From contig WELB01000021.1 in assembly GCA_009602725.1 (NCBI GenBank), positions 253,380-307,246 on the forward strand: a stretch of 53,867 nt of DNA, given 5' to 3'. A program made the position numbers and the translations under genes. Position 1 is the stretch's first letter. The number at the start of each line of letters is the position of its first letter. Shown here one piece after another: positions 43,106 to 53,867 of this stretch. The notes beneath the pieces were generated by a model. The model saw only the letters and a list, made by a program, of their open reading frames with translations. It ran no database searches and was not told where the DNA came from. Source of the DNA: Spirogloea muscicola. Lineage: Eukaryota.

Positions 43106-44061
43106 GTAGCTATTTGGGCAGGGCGGCAATTGTGATAGATCAAAAGGAGACCAGGAACAGCAGCGCAGAGCCCGACCCCAGCTTCTCCTGGCATTGAATT
43201 TTTGGCCTCTGCGCGTGGGACAGGGACCTCCATTTGGTCCAGCAGCAGCTCGTAGGTCTTCTACGAGAGGTGCAGGGCAGGCTGCAGATTAGAGCAGGCC
43301 AGCGGATTTGCGCTGTTACTGAGTGGCCACCTGGGCTACAAGGGCCTGGTCTGATCTCCTCGCTCTTCATCATGTTCCTGCCTCTCCTCTTCCCTTCCCC
43401 TCCTCTCCCCACCCCTCCTTCGCTTCCTCCCCTTGTGCACCATTTGAGGTCCCTTGTTACTTACTGAACTCTGTGACTTCTTGCGCCCCAACTTTGCACC
43501 TTGACTTTTGAGAGGCCAACGCCTCACAATGGACATGGCGTCGGTGCCTCTGGTTGCATCAGATTGTGATTGTCCCACTGGGTCCTGAGCAGAATGAGGC
43601 GGTCCAAGGTTGGCAATAGCTGAGGCCACGAGTGAGTTTGATTAGAAATAGGAATGGTGTTATGTCCGCTATGCACAGTGGGTCAGCTCCATAGCTGCCT
43701 CGACATGGAAGAACACGAATGATCAGGACGCTTCGCTTACCTCTGGAGTTCCTGAGGCAGCAAGGCTCTAGAGCTGACGAATACATGATTTGACATGGAA
43801 CTGTTGGTCGTGGAAGTGTGCGTGCAAGAGCCACCCCCTGGCTCCGCCTGCATGACTGGCGGCCGAAGTGGCAAGCTCACCGATGCACTGTCAAAGGGGC
43901 TTCGCAGCCAGCTCCCACTTGTTGAACGATGCAGACCAACGCGACCTGCATCGTTCATGAAGGCAAGTCTGGCGTCTGGTGCTGCTGCTCCGAGGGGTCG
44001 CCCGGCGCCTGCTGTGAGCTCGGCCACTCCACCACCGGCCTTGGGGGGAGGCACTGTGGCA

Positions 44062-47000
44062 ATGTCGTCTGGACACTGTGTCCCTGCCGCTGCCGCTGCC
44101 GCCGCCTTCCTCCTGTTGCTGGTGTCCGTGGCGTGTGCCAGCCGCCTCCCCAGGCAGGCTTGGGCTGAGCCCGGCCTCGGCAATGGCGTCAACATCACGG
44201 TGGACGCCGGAGCCGGCGGCCGCTGCATCCCCCACACGCTCTTTGGCATCTTCTTTGAGGTCAGCACGCACGGCCCGAACACCGCTGCGTTGGCCAGCGC
44301 ATGCCACAGAGCTGCATTAATTTCAACGACTTGGCGGCGTAATCGTTCGCTGTTGCGCGGCCGGCGCAGGAAATCAACCATGCGGGCATGGGCGGCCTCT
44401 GCGCAGAGCTGGTGCAGAACAGAGGTCCCCCCGCTAGCTCGCTGCCTGCCCTCGCCCGCCCACTCGCCCTGACAAAGGCCGGCCAGTTGCCACATAACAC
44501 AGCTCATTCTCCCACCTGCGATGTTCGGGTCGTTGTGCTTCGATCAAACCCTTGCAAGTATTGACGCCTGGCGGCACCCAAGGGCCTTCCAAGCAGCACT
44601 GCTGCATGTCAAATGCCATTGGGGGTTATGAGCAACCAGAATCGGGCTCTTTGGTAGGGGTTTTGAGGCTCAGGAGGGAAGCTTGCATGGTCGCACAATT
44701 GAGCTCGGACACCCCCAGAGTGCTACGTGCGCGAGTCAACCATAAGCAGCATTTAGAGGAGCAGAGCTGGCATGACGTGCTTAGGATTTAGGGCAGCGTT
44801 TGAAGAAGAGGGGCTCGTGGGATTACTTGAGGTGCATTAAGCCATCCCATGATGTGGCTCTTGAAGTGCTGGCATGGCAGCCCTCAAGTCATCACAAAGG
44901 TCCTCTAGTCAGAGCCCAAATCTTAAGTCAAAGCCCTTGGCCCACACCTTATATCGTGCTTCTGAGTCTTGACCTTGCACTATACATGTCGTTGATGTAG
45001 CTGCTTGTCACAAAAGTGCTTGCAAAACCTGCAGGCTTTGAGGCGGGCGGGCCCAACACGCCATCGTCCATTGAACCGTGGTTTCCCGTGGGCACCGAAG
45101 CGCAAGTGTGGTTGGAGACGGAGCGCTGCTCGCCATTTGTGCGCAACCCGGTTGCACTGCGGATGGAGGTCCGGTGCGAAGAGTACGAGGCCCCCTGCTC
45201 CCATGGCGTTGGTGTCAAGAACCTTGGCTATTGGGGCATGGTATTGCTACCAAAAACATATGCTCTCCAAAACCTCCTCATCCAGGGGAGCTGATTAAGT
45301 TCACGATTGTTGCACTCATGGTAATAGGACAGGCAGCTTGTGATTAATGACCAAGAAGGCCAGGCATGGTGCCCATGAGTCCAGAAAGTATGTGACATAC
45401 TTGGACGCTGCAGATTCCTTCAAAGCCAACAGCAGAAACGCTTCCTCAGCAATGGAAAGAGAAGTCATGCAATGGCGAAGGGCATGGATGACCGTATAAT
45501 TGGCGCTCTTCCAATAGAATGTGGAGGAGGGCGAGGAGTATAGGGTCATCATCTGGCTGCGGTCGGCTGACGAGGTGGACCTGAGGATCGCATTCGTCTC
45601 GGCGGCCGACGAGCGAGACACCATCGCCGCCACGCATCTTAGGTGGGCTCAGGTTCTCGACTAGCAAAGTAAGTCCGAAGCTCAGGATGGCAAGTTGCAC
45701 CCTTTGGGCAGCTAGCTCTGTGGTATGCCGTCACAGGCTTTGGTTTCCTTCATTTCCGCCTACAGCAATCCTTAGGATTTCTCATATGCTTCAAGAGCAA
45801 TACATATCCTGGGACCAATCGTGTACACCTTGACATCTTCTGCAGGCTCGCAGAGCAGCTGGCATTCAGGTGGCGTAAGGAGGAAGTGTTCTTGCGGCCC
45901 AACCGAACTGACCACGCCGCTCACCTCGCCATAACCACAACCAAAAAGGGCGTCATCTGGCTGGACCAGATCTCGGCTGCGCCTGTTCGCACCTTCAAGG
46001 TACAAGCAGATTCAATCTTTCCTGAGCCAGGTTGCAGGTCCGCAACCTGAGACCAGTTGTGCGAAGGTTCTGTCCCATCTCAAGTTGACTGTAAGTCTTG
46101 CTTAAAGTTGAGTAAATATGAGCAAGACATCGTGGTTATTTCTGGCCTCAATTCATGGTATAAGAAATAAGCTCCCTGCACTAACAGTTCGCGCTACACA
46201 GAGATCAACAGTCACTTGCTAAGTCCTTCACGACACTCATGGCGCGTGCTATCTTTCCTTCTGCAGGGGCATGGAATGAGGCTCGACCTGGCAAACTTGC
46301 TGGCCGACTTGGCGCCCGGTTTTGTCCGATTTCCTGGTGATTCTCCTCATTCTCTTCTTGACACAATCCACTTCTGTTGTTGTCAGAGTGGCCACAAGGC
46401 AGTGATATCTGCTGAGGAATCAGCAGATATCAGAAGTCAAGACCTTGTCCTAGGTAAAGCGGCTGTGGAGATATACGTGCTAGCTGACCAAGTCGCATTG
46501 TATGCAAGGTCATTCCTCTGACTGCTCTAGACGAGGTGGTCCTGCTAAAGCTATCTTATCATTATAATAGGAACTTCGAGGCCTTGTATCGGAACCCCGT
46601 ACCCTGCTATACCCTTTCTATGCTAAGCTAGAGTTGCTGACCAGGCGGTTGCTACGTCGAGGGCGACCGGCTGGCCGATGCCTTTCGATGGCGCCAGTCG
46701 GTGGGGCCATGGGAGGAGCGGCCTGGCCACTTCAACGGCGTCTGGCAGTACTGGTCCGATGACCAGCTTGGCCTGTTCGAGTACCTCCAGGTGAGGCCAA
46801 AGCCCCAGAAGACTCTGAAGGCTGGGACATGTTCGTAGGGGCTTTGTCAGGAAAACGGAATGTGAAAAATGTGTATGGACATGATTGTGGTAGCAGATTA
46901 GAGCTGAGAGTGGCCACCTTAGACATTCCATAGTCATTTTAATATGGAATAGGTGGTTTATTTTCGAATCTGATCGCAAGCACTGAACGAGGTCCTAAAA

Positions 47001-49673
47001 TGAACCCTGCAGTTCTGCGAGGACCTGGGAGCAGCTCCTGTCTGGGTTTTCAACAATGGTGAGCTTTGTAATGTGCACTTGTTTATTACACCAAGAAGAA
47101 GCAACCGAGCATCTGAATGACGGCCTTCTCCATCTTCTGAATGCTGGATAGTCTCCAAGCGCTCAAGAAGCTAAGCCTCCTTCATACTTTTTGTAGGCAT
47201 CAGCCACTCGCAGCAGGTCTTCTACCCCCTTCTGGGCCCCTTCATCAAGGTTAGTCATGTGCTCCCATGGCAAGGATAGGCTACACTCTTGCTAGCCATT
47301 TCAATCTCTAAGGTGCTTCTTATACTTACCTCTGCTGTGTCCACACTCTTATACTTTAGCCTGTCTCTGCTAACCCCTGAAGAGATTGCTCTTCACCTCC
47401 GCGCTGCAGCTTAATGCCTCATATTCTGCACCCAAGTATTTGAACCATGAAGTCAGTTTTGAAGCTATAACTGCACAGATTATCAAGCATTCATATAGGA
47501 AGCAGTTGTCGCATATCGTGAGCAGGACATCCTGGATGGTATTGAATTTGCCAGGGGCCCTGCCTCCAGCAGGTGGGGCTCGCTGAGGGCGGACATGGGC
47601 CACCCCGAGCCATTCCACCTCCACCACATTGCAATCGGCAATGAGGACTGCGGGGCTTGGAACTACAGAGGTGAGCAATCTCTTAAGTCCAGTCCAGTCA
47701 AGTTACAAAGCTTTGGCGACACAGGATGGGCTTGTCAGATACTGTGCTGGCTGAAGATGAGTGCCTGGCACAGGTCATCTGTGGAATATGTTTGACCACA
47801 GCTTGTGGAAGGCCCACAGGGGAATAGGTTTTCTAGACCTCCAATGTAGCTTTTATCTTAGTAGGGAAAGCTTGTTCTTGATATCTTCTTTGTCAGGGAG
47901 CTATCTGAGATTCTACACGGCCATCAAGGCCAAGTATCCAGACATCAAGCTCATCTCCAACTGCGATGCTACGTATAGCCCGCTGGACCATCCAGCTGAT
48001 CTCTTTGACTACCATGTAAGTCTTATCCGATTGCTGTCTATTTGACTGGTACAGCATAAGCAGTGGGTTTTACTTTTCTAAATCACATCACATTGCACAT
48101 GTCGGAGTTCGTCCATCTAGCCTCCTTTGGGTTTAACCACCGCTTGCAGATCTACACCTCAGCTGCAAACCTCTTCGAGGGCAGGACATTTTTTGACAAG
48201 GTCGACCGCAAGGGCCCCAAGGTCTGCTTCCCTCTCACATCAGTGTACACTTTGAGTCGGATGCAGTTGTAGAAGATGCCAGATAGCAAGCCTAGAAGGA
48301 TCCTCTGAACTGCGCAGCTGTGACGCGCTGATAGAGGTCTTGCAGCTCTCGTGCCAGTCAAGCCAGGAAGGCAGGCTTGTCAAGCAGCTGTCACCTAGCT
48401 ACTTCTGATGGGCTTGACAGATGTGATTATGCCTCAGGTTTTTGTCAGCGAGTACGCAGTGGTGGGTACAGACGCTGGCAAGGGCAGCCTCCTGGGCGCA
48501 GTCGCAGAAGCCGCCTACATGATGGGCCTCGAGCAGAACAGGTCTGACTGAGTCTGCAACATTTGACATCCTCCATCTAAGTGGCTGTGGCTTGGGATTT
48601 GGCTTTGCTTTGACTTGGCTTTCACCTTATATGTGCTCGTGGCAATTGGCAGCGACATTGTGGCCATGGCCAGCTACGCACCCCTCTTGGTGAATGACCA
48701 CGACCGGCGGTGGAACCCGGACGCCATTGTCTTCAACAGCTACAAAGCATACGGCACTCCAAGCTACTATGTGCAAAAACTCTTCAGAACCTCAAACAGC
48801 GCTGTGTTGCTGCCTGCCATTATGGAAGCTGACCCAGGAGCAGCCCCCGTCACAGCAGCATCAGTGGTCCGCTTTTATTGCTCACGCCGGGACCGACATT
48901 TCATGCTTCTCAAGGTAACCAGCATTGGACCTTCTTGTACTCTCCTGGCATAAATCTCCTCAACTCTACCAACTTTTAGTAGCTGTAAGACGTATGCTTA
49001 GTAAGGCTCTCTCATTGCTTGCTGGCTATGTGTAATCTACTAGCCAGGCTGCCAATGCCTTTCATTTACAACGTGATGTTGTTGGAAGTTGGGTTAGGAC
49101 ATATGGTCAGCCAAGCTCTCTCACTGCTTGCTGGCGATGTGTGTTTTATTAGCTGGGCTGCCAAATTCTTTCATCAACAACAGGATGTTGTCCACAATTT
49201 GGTATGCCTGCCCCTACCCAGGTTGTCAACATTGGGAAGGAGACTGTGCAAGTCAGACTGAGAGTGAAGGGGCTCGAAGATGCATTGGTTGACCCTGATG
49301 CCACAGTTACTGTTCTCCGAGGAGAGAGCGCAACAGACGAGAACTCTTTCCTCGAGCCCAGAAAAGTGAGTCACCTTGGACCTCACTAGTCCTCCTGCTT
49401 CTAGCAGTACGTGTTTGTGGCAGCTGAGCCATCCCCCTGGTTGTCGCCCTTTCTTCAACTCTCTTTAGCAGATAATTGAAACCACGACATATCTTGCCGT
49501 CACAGGTTGCACTCAGAAGACGGGCTGTACACAATTCGAGCGAGGACATGCTCCTCGACGTGCACCCTATGTCTGTCACCAGCCTCGAGCTGGGCACCAT
49601 CTCAGACAGCCGTGCATACCTCATGAAGGCCTCGAAGGCTACCGCTGGCCGTGTGGCAGCTGAGATTGTCTGA
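44062..49673 (+). CDS. Secreted alpha-L-arabinofuranosidase (GH51), multi-exon
   Basis: Signal peptide, LFGIFFEEINHAG, GFEAGG, FVRFPGGCYVEG, acid/base IAIGNEDCG, nucleophile VFVSEYAV, and MASYAPLLVNDHDRRWNPDAIVFN. Confidence 0.95.
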
Positions 49674-50947
49674 TTGGACCAATGCGTCCACAGATGAGGG
49701 CTTCTACTGCAGGTTGTACAAAGGCAGGTTGCTGCATATGTGCGACCTGTATGCTACATTGTGCTTGGCTGTGTTAAGAGCAGAGCCTGATTAGACATCT
49801 ACTTGCGTGCGACCTCCACGAAAGAGGCAGCAAAGAAGAAACTGAAATACCAACAACTGAAGGGATGGCAATTTGTTCAAGGCTAACTGTCAAGCCCGAT
49901 AACTGTGATGTATCATTGGAAAAATCTAGAGTTGTATGTGTGCACATTGTAAGAAATCCCATGTAGGCAGGTCATTTGTGATTTTCAATTTCGCCAGTCG
50001 CCCACACTCAAACAACATCCCGATTACAACACCTCTTGTTCAACTTGAGGCCTTGTCTGTCATATGGTGAATAAGAGCCAGCATTCACGATCTTTCTGAT
50101 TATTTACTTCACATCGCGGACGTCAAGAGTGAGAACACGCCAATGAACAGCAAGTTCTTCACTCGTCCTTCTGGCCATTCACAGTCACCACCCTCTACTG
50201 GAAGAGTCTTTCTCTCCGGCCCCCTTTGGAGCTCGCTTCTTCAATGGCCAAACCATTAGCTATATATTGCGGCTGCTACTTTTCCAACTTACAGCTGCTG
50301 ACTGGGGGTTTCTGAGCAGACATCCTTAGTAGTCTCTGTGCATGTTGACTCACTCCCGGACCCTTCGACCTTGGTGGGCTGGCTTTTCGCAGCCCTTTGC
50401 AAGTGTTGCTGCTTCTTCTGAGCTGCATGCTGCTGACCTGTTACTAGGTATGAGTGCGGGCTTGCTCATTCATTGGTGCCATCTTTCTGGCCTAACTTTA
50501 ATCTGTATCGCGAATGGATGAAAATTACCAGTGTCCTTCGTGGGGAGAGTCTAGCTGGTATAGTAGCCTGTTTACTGAACTTCATCAAGAATCTGGACAA
50601 AGCATTATGACGACAAATGCAAGGTTCTAATCAGTCGCTGCAATACTTGGACCAGGACTGAAGACATCATTTGTATCCAGCCGCCTTAGAGAAACGACAC
50701 AACTCGGGCTAACGTCTTTAGAGCAAACCCCCCCTTCTGTGCACGCCTACTACAGATTGTCATATAGGCTTAATTGTGGTTACAGGCTCAGATGTTAGCT
50801 TTGCTGTGCTGCTCAAGGCTGTCCGTGACCTTCGGGAAGGGTACAACTCGAGGAAGGCACAGTGCTTGGAGCTCCACAGTCGACCTTAGTGCTTGCGACA
50901 CAGTAATTAAGTGATAGACGCCCAGAATTACTTCCACCAATTGGGTG

Positions 50948-53354
50948 CTATGGCTCAACCAAATAGCGGAAAGTCCAATCGTAGGGGACAATGGCCATGC
51001 TCTTGGACAGGGCAGCCTTCTTCTTGGGAATCCTGGCTTGGACAGCCTGCATCTGCTGGTAAGGCAGCTGCTTCGCCACCCACTCCACCAGGCCCAACGC
51101 GTTTGCCGCAAAATCTCTACCGTACCTGCTCAGCAGCAGGCCCCCAACGCAACATAATCAATCTGAATGTTTTCGTTGTTACTGTTACTACGACCTGGCA
51201 CACTAAATCAATACGTAGCTTAAATAAGCTTAGTAAGCTTTCAGATGGCTTTCAAGGATCTTGAGAACCATGTTCTTGGCCTCAGGTGAGACAGATGACA
51301 ACTCATTTCTGCTCATTTCAAGGTCATGCTGGTGGGTTGTGTGAATGACGCATGGAACTGACCAATCCAGGATCTTGGGCAGGAGAATCTGGTCCTTTCG
51401 GTTGATGCCAATGGCGGCACGGAAGTAGTCCTCCTTTGCAATCTCGAGCTCCTCCCTCACATTCTTAGCTTTGTAGACTCGGAGCTGAATCATGGCAACA
51501 CCGATGACCACATGACAATCTGTATGAGAGAATAATGGGTGCACGATATGCAACATGCATAAGAACAATTCAGAGGCAAGATTCACAAATGTACAGCAGC
51601 ACATGGCTGAATTTTTCACAGGCAACATTGACTGAACTGCCGTTTTCAGCCAGGGAGGCACTGTAGCGACCTTGGAGGCCAATAGCTTGTTTGACAAGTG
51701 AATGGAAATGCTGGGAGGCGACTTCTACTCACCATGGGAGAAGATCGGGAGCCATTGCAGAGAGCAAACGAGACCAACGGCTCTGGCTGGTGGCAGATCA
51801 TGGGATACCTCTCATCATCATTCTTGAAGCGGTGCACTGGCAGCATCTTGACCTTTTGCACAGTACACACGTATAACTTGTTAACGGAGAATCCAGCTTA
51901 AACACTTGGCCAGCCCAGGATTGCAGGTGCAAAGTGCAAAGTGAGTGACATGCCGGATGAGTGCTAATGTGGGAATCTCACAAGTGAAGGCCGATGAGAT
52001 GACGCGCGGAGGACAGAGTACTCGATTGCGAGCGCCGAGAACTGGTGGCCTCCAACAATGAATGCGGCCTTGCTCAGAGTGTTGGCCCGCTTGAGCTGCG
52101 GCTTGGCACCTGTGCTGGGCGAGATGTAGGCCTGCAGTCGCACGGTGACGTATCAAGTTGGTGTGGCAGCTAAGAGCCAAATGCCTTGTTTTACTACAAA
52201 ACGCGCAAGACTTGTGGCAAGCGTTACATGACAAGAATCAGAACCAGGACTACCAAAAATGGACAGCGGCGGTTGCGAGCTCTATTTCTCATAAGGCATC
52301 ATCAATAAGGACAATCAAGGACAAGGGTCAAGGACTAAGCCATACATGCATGACAAGTGCGTTGTAGAGGTTGATCCAGAACGCGAGCTTCTCGTCGTCT
52401 GTAAGTCTCCCCGGATTTACCTTCGTCAGCTGCTCGGACAGCGACCTGGCGCCCGCATGTATAGGAGTAGGATGGAAACTTGTCAGCATACATAAGCTGG
52501 CCATTGCGTGCAGGCCATCAAGGCAAGATGTGGCTCTTGATGGCAACAAGTGCTTTGGAAGTCCCAAGACTGAATGCGCATTCTTAGCACTTTTGAGTCT
52601 GCAACCATTGTCACCTGAAGCGGACAAGAGAAGCTGCGGCGTCCTGACTCAGCTTTGCTTCCAGGGGCGGCGTCATCACTTCTAGCATGTTGGCGTACTC
52701 GCCTGCGTGCCAGCGTGTGGTATTTCAGTGGTCAGCCTTCCAGCAGATGAGCTTTTTAAAATTTGCGACCAGTAAGTCAACCTCTATGAGGACACACCTG
52801 CCAAGTGCATTCGAGACATGCTAAGATGCCAACAAAAGGAAATAGCTCACAACGCACCAGCCTTGCAGGTGCAAATACATCACCGGACCTGCATCAGGGC
52901 AAGGGTGTTCACTAAGGACGCCATACGGGTCCCGCGCAGACGTCTCCTGGGCCTTGACCTCCCCTGCTCCGCCGTCCTGCTCCAGCACTGACCAGTCGCC
53001 GGAGCTCTCTCGGCTGTGTGTCATGCTGCTCAAGCTCTGCAAGTCCTGCTGCAAGTCGAAGCTCTCGCTGCGGGAGAGGGGCGGTGAGGCCATTGGCGGC
53101 GTCCGGCCGCCTGCTGGCAGCGGCGGGCCTGCGCCCTTGGCAAGAGCAGCACGCTGCTGAGTCGCCGAAGTCTGGGTACGCGGCGAGGATGACGGCGACG
53201 ACAACGGCGAGAACTTGACCCACGGTGCCTGTGCATCCTGAGGCTTGATGGCTGGTGCAGCCCCCGCCGCGAAGCCCCGGGGTGGGGCCTGCGGTGGAAA
53301 TGCCGCGCCGCTGGCTGAGCTTGTGACAGACGCCGTCGGCGACGGCTCCGATCC
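50948..53354 (-). CDS. DUF547-domain protein, 5' end unresolved
   Basis: DPYG, EKLAFWINLYNALVMH, AAFIVGGHQFSALAIEYSVLR, PEPLVSFALCNGSRSSP, LRVY..ELEIAKEDY..LPKILDWYGRDF, and the C-terminus VPYDWTFRYLVEP*. Confidence 0.88.
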
Positions 53355-53771
53355 TGAAGAGGCCGCACAACGCGCCGGTCAGTCGCTATTAACATTTTGG
53401 ATGGGCCAGCTGACCACAAGTGGAGGACTGGAGCTGCGCAAATGCCAGCAACATCTTAAGCGACTGATTTTGCTCCAGCTTGCAGCACCTTTCGGTTGAA
53501 GCAGTGATAATTTAAACCTTGACCCAACCTTGCCTATGTTGGAACCCTAAACCTAGCTCTGAGATAGACTCCAACTATTCTGCTAGAATGTACAGCCTTA
53601 TCAAACCCTGAAGGCACCAGAGCTGGATAGAAGTACTTCACCCAGTTCAGCAACCCCATACATGCAATAAGACCCTGAGACTACACGAGCTTGTCTGCCT
53701 GGCATCATGGTGACCCAGTGAGCAGGAGAAGCAAAATGTCAGGCACGCCAAGAGAGCAAGAGAAGGTAGAG

Positions 53772-53775
<4 letters not shown>

Positions 53776-53867
<92 letters not shown>
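53776..53867. repeat. (GA)n microsatellite running to the window end
   Basis: About 46 perfect GA units. Reads (CT)n on the sense strand upstream of the DUF547 gene. Confidence 0.98.

Noticed and set aside
53515..53612. AACCCTAAA / AAACCCT telomere-like words (also ~28468)
   Set aside because: Isolated single copies, not an array. At most a telo-box.

Overview
Eukaryotic, intron-rich nuclear DNA, not prokaryotic, so most of the six-frame ORF track is noise and genes had to be rebuilt from GT-AG exons. Land-plant-type NRT2 and GapA, bacterial-type enzymes and GC-rich (GCC)n first exons suggest a streptophyte green alga or early-diverging plant (inference only). Eleven genes can be supported: NRT2 nitrate transporter (+), a 12-Cys SPARK-like GPI-anchored protein (+), alpha-SNAP (-), a UMP/CMP kinase fused in frame to a CaMKII-type association (hub) domain (-), PRA1 (+), signal peptide peptidase (-), bacterial-type citramalate synthase (+), a cyanobacterial-type CPBP/Abi membrane protease (-), plastid GAPDH GapA (+), GH51 alpha-L-arabinofuranosidase (+) and a 5'-incomplete DUF547 protein (-). 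Intergenic DNA carries a modular, hairpin-rich repeat family with foldback/MITE-like copies. The most notable observations are the kinase-hub fusion, the CimA gene, the hidden SPARK-GPI gene, and an NRE-like pseudo-palindrome upstream of NRT2. There are two N-gaps and three single Ns, all in GC-rich 5' regions. Exon models were derived by hand and family assignments come from motif recall, not database searches.
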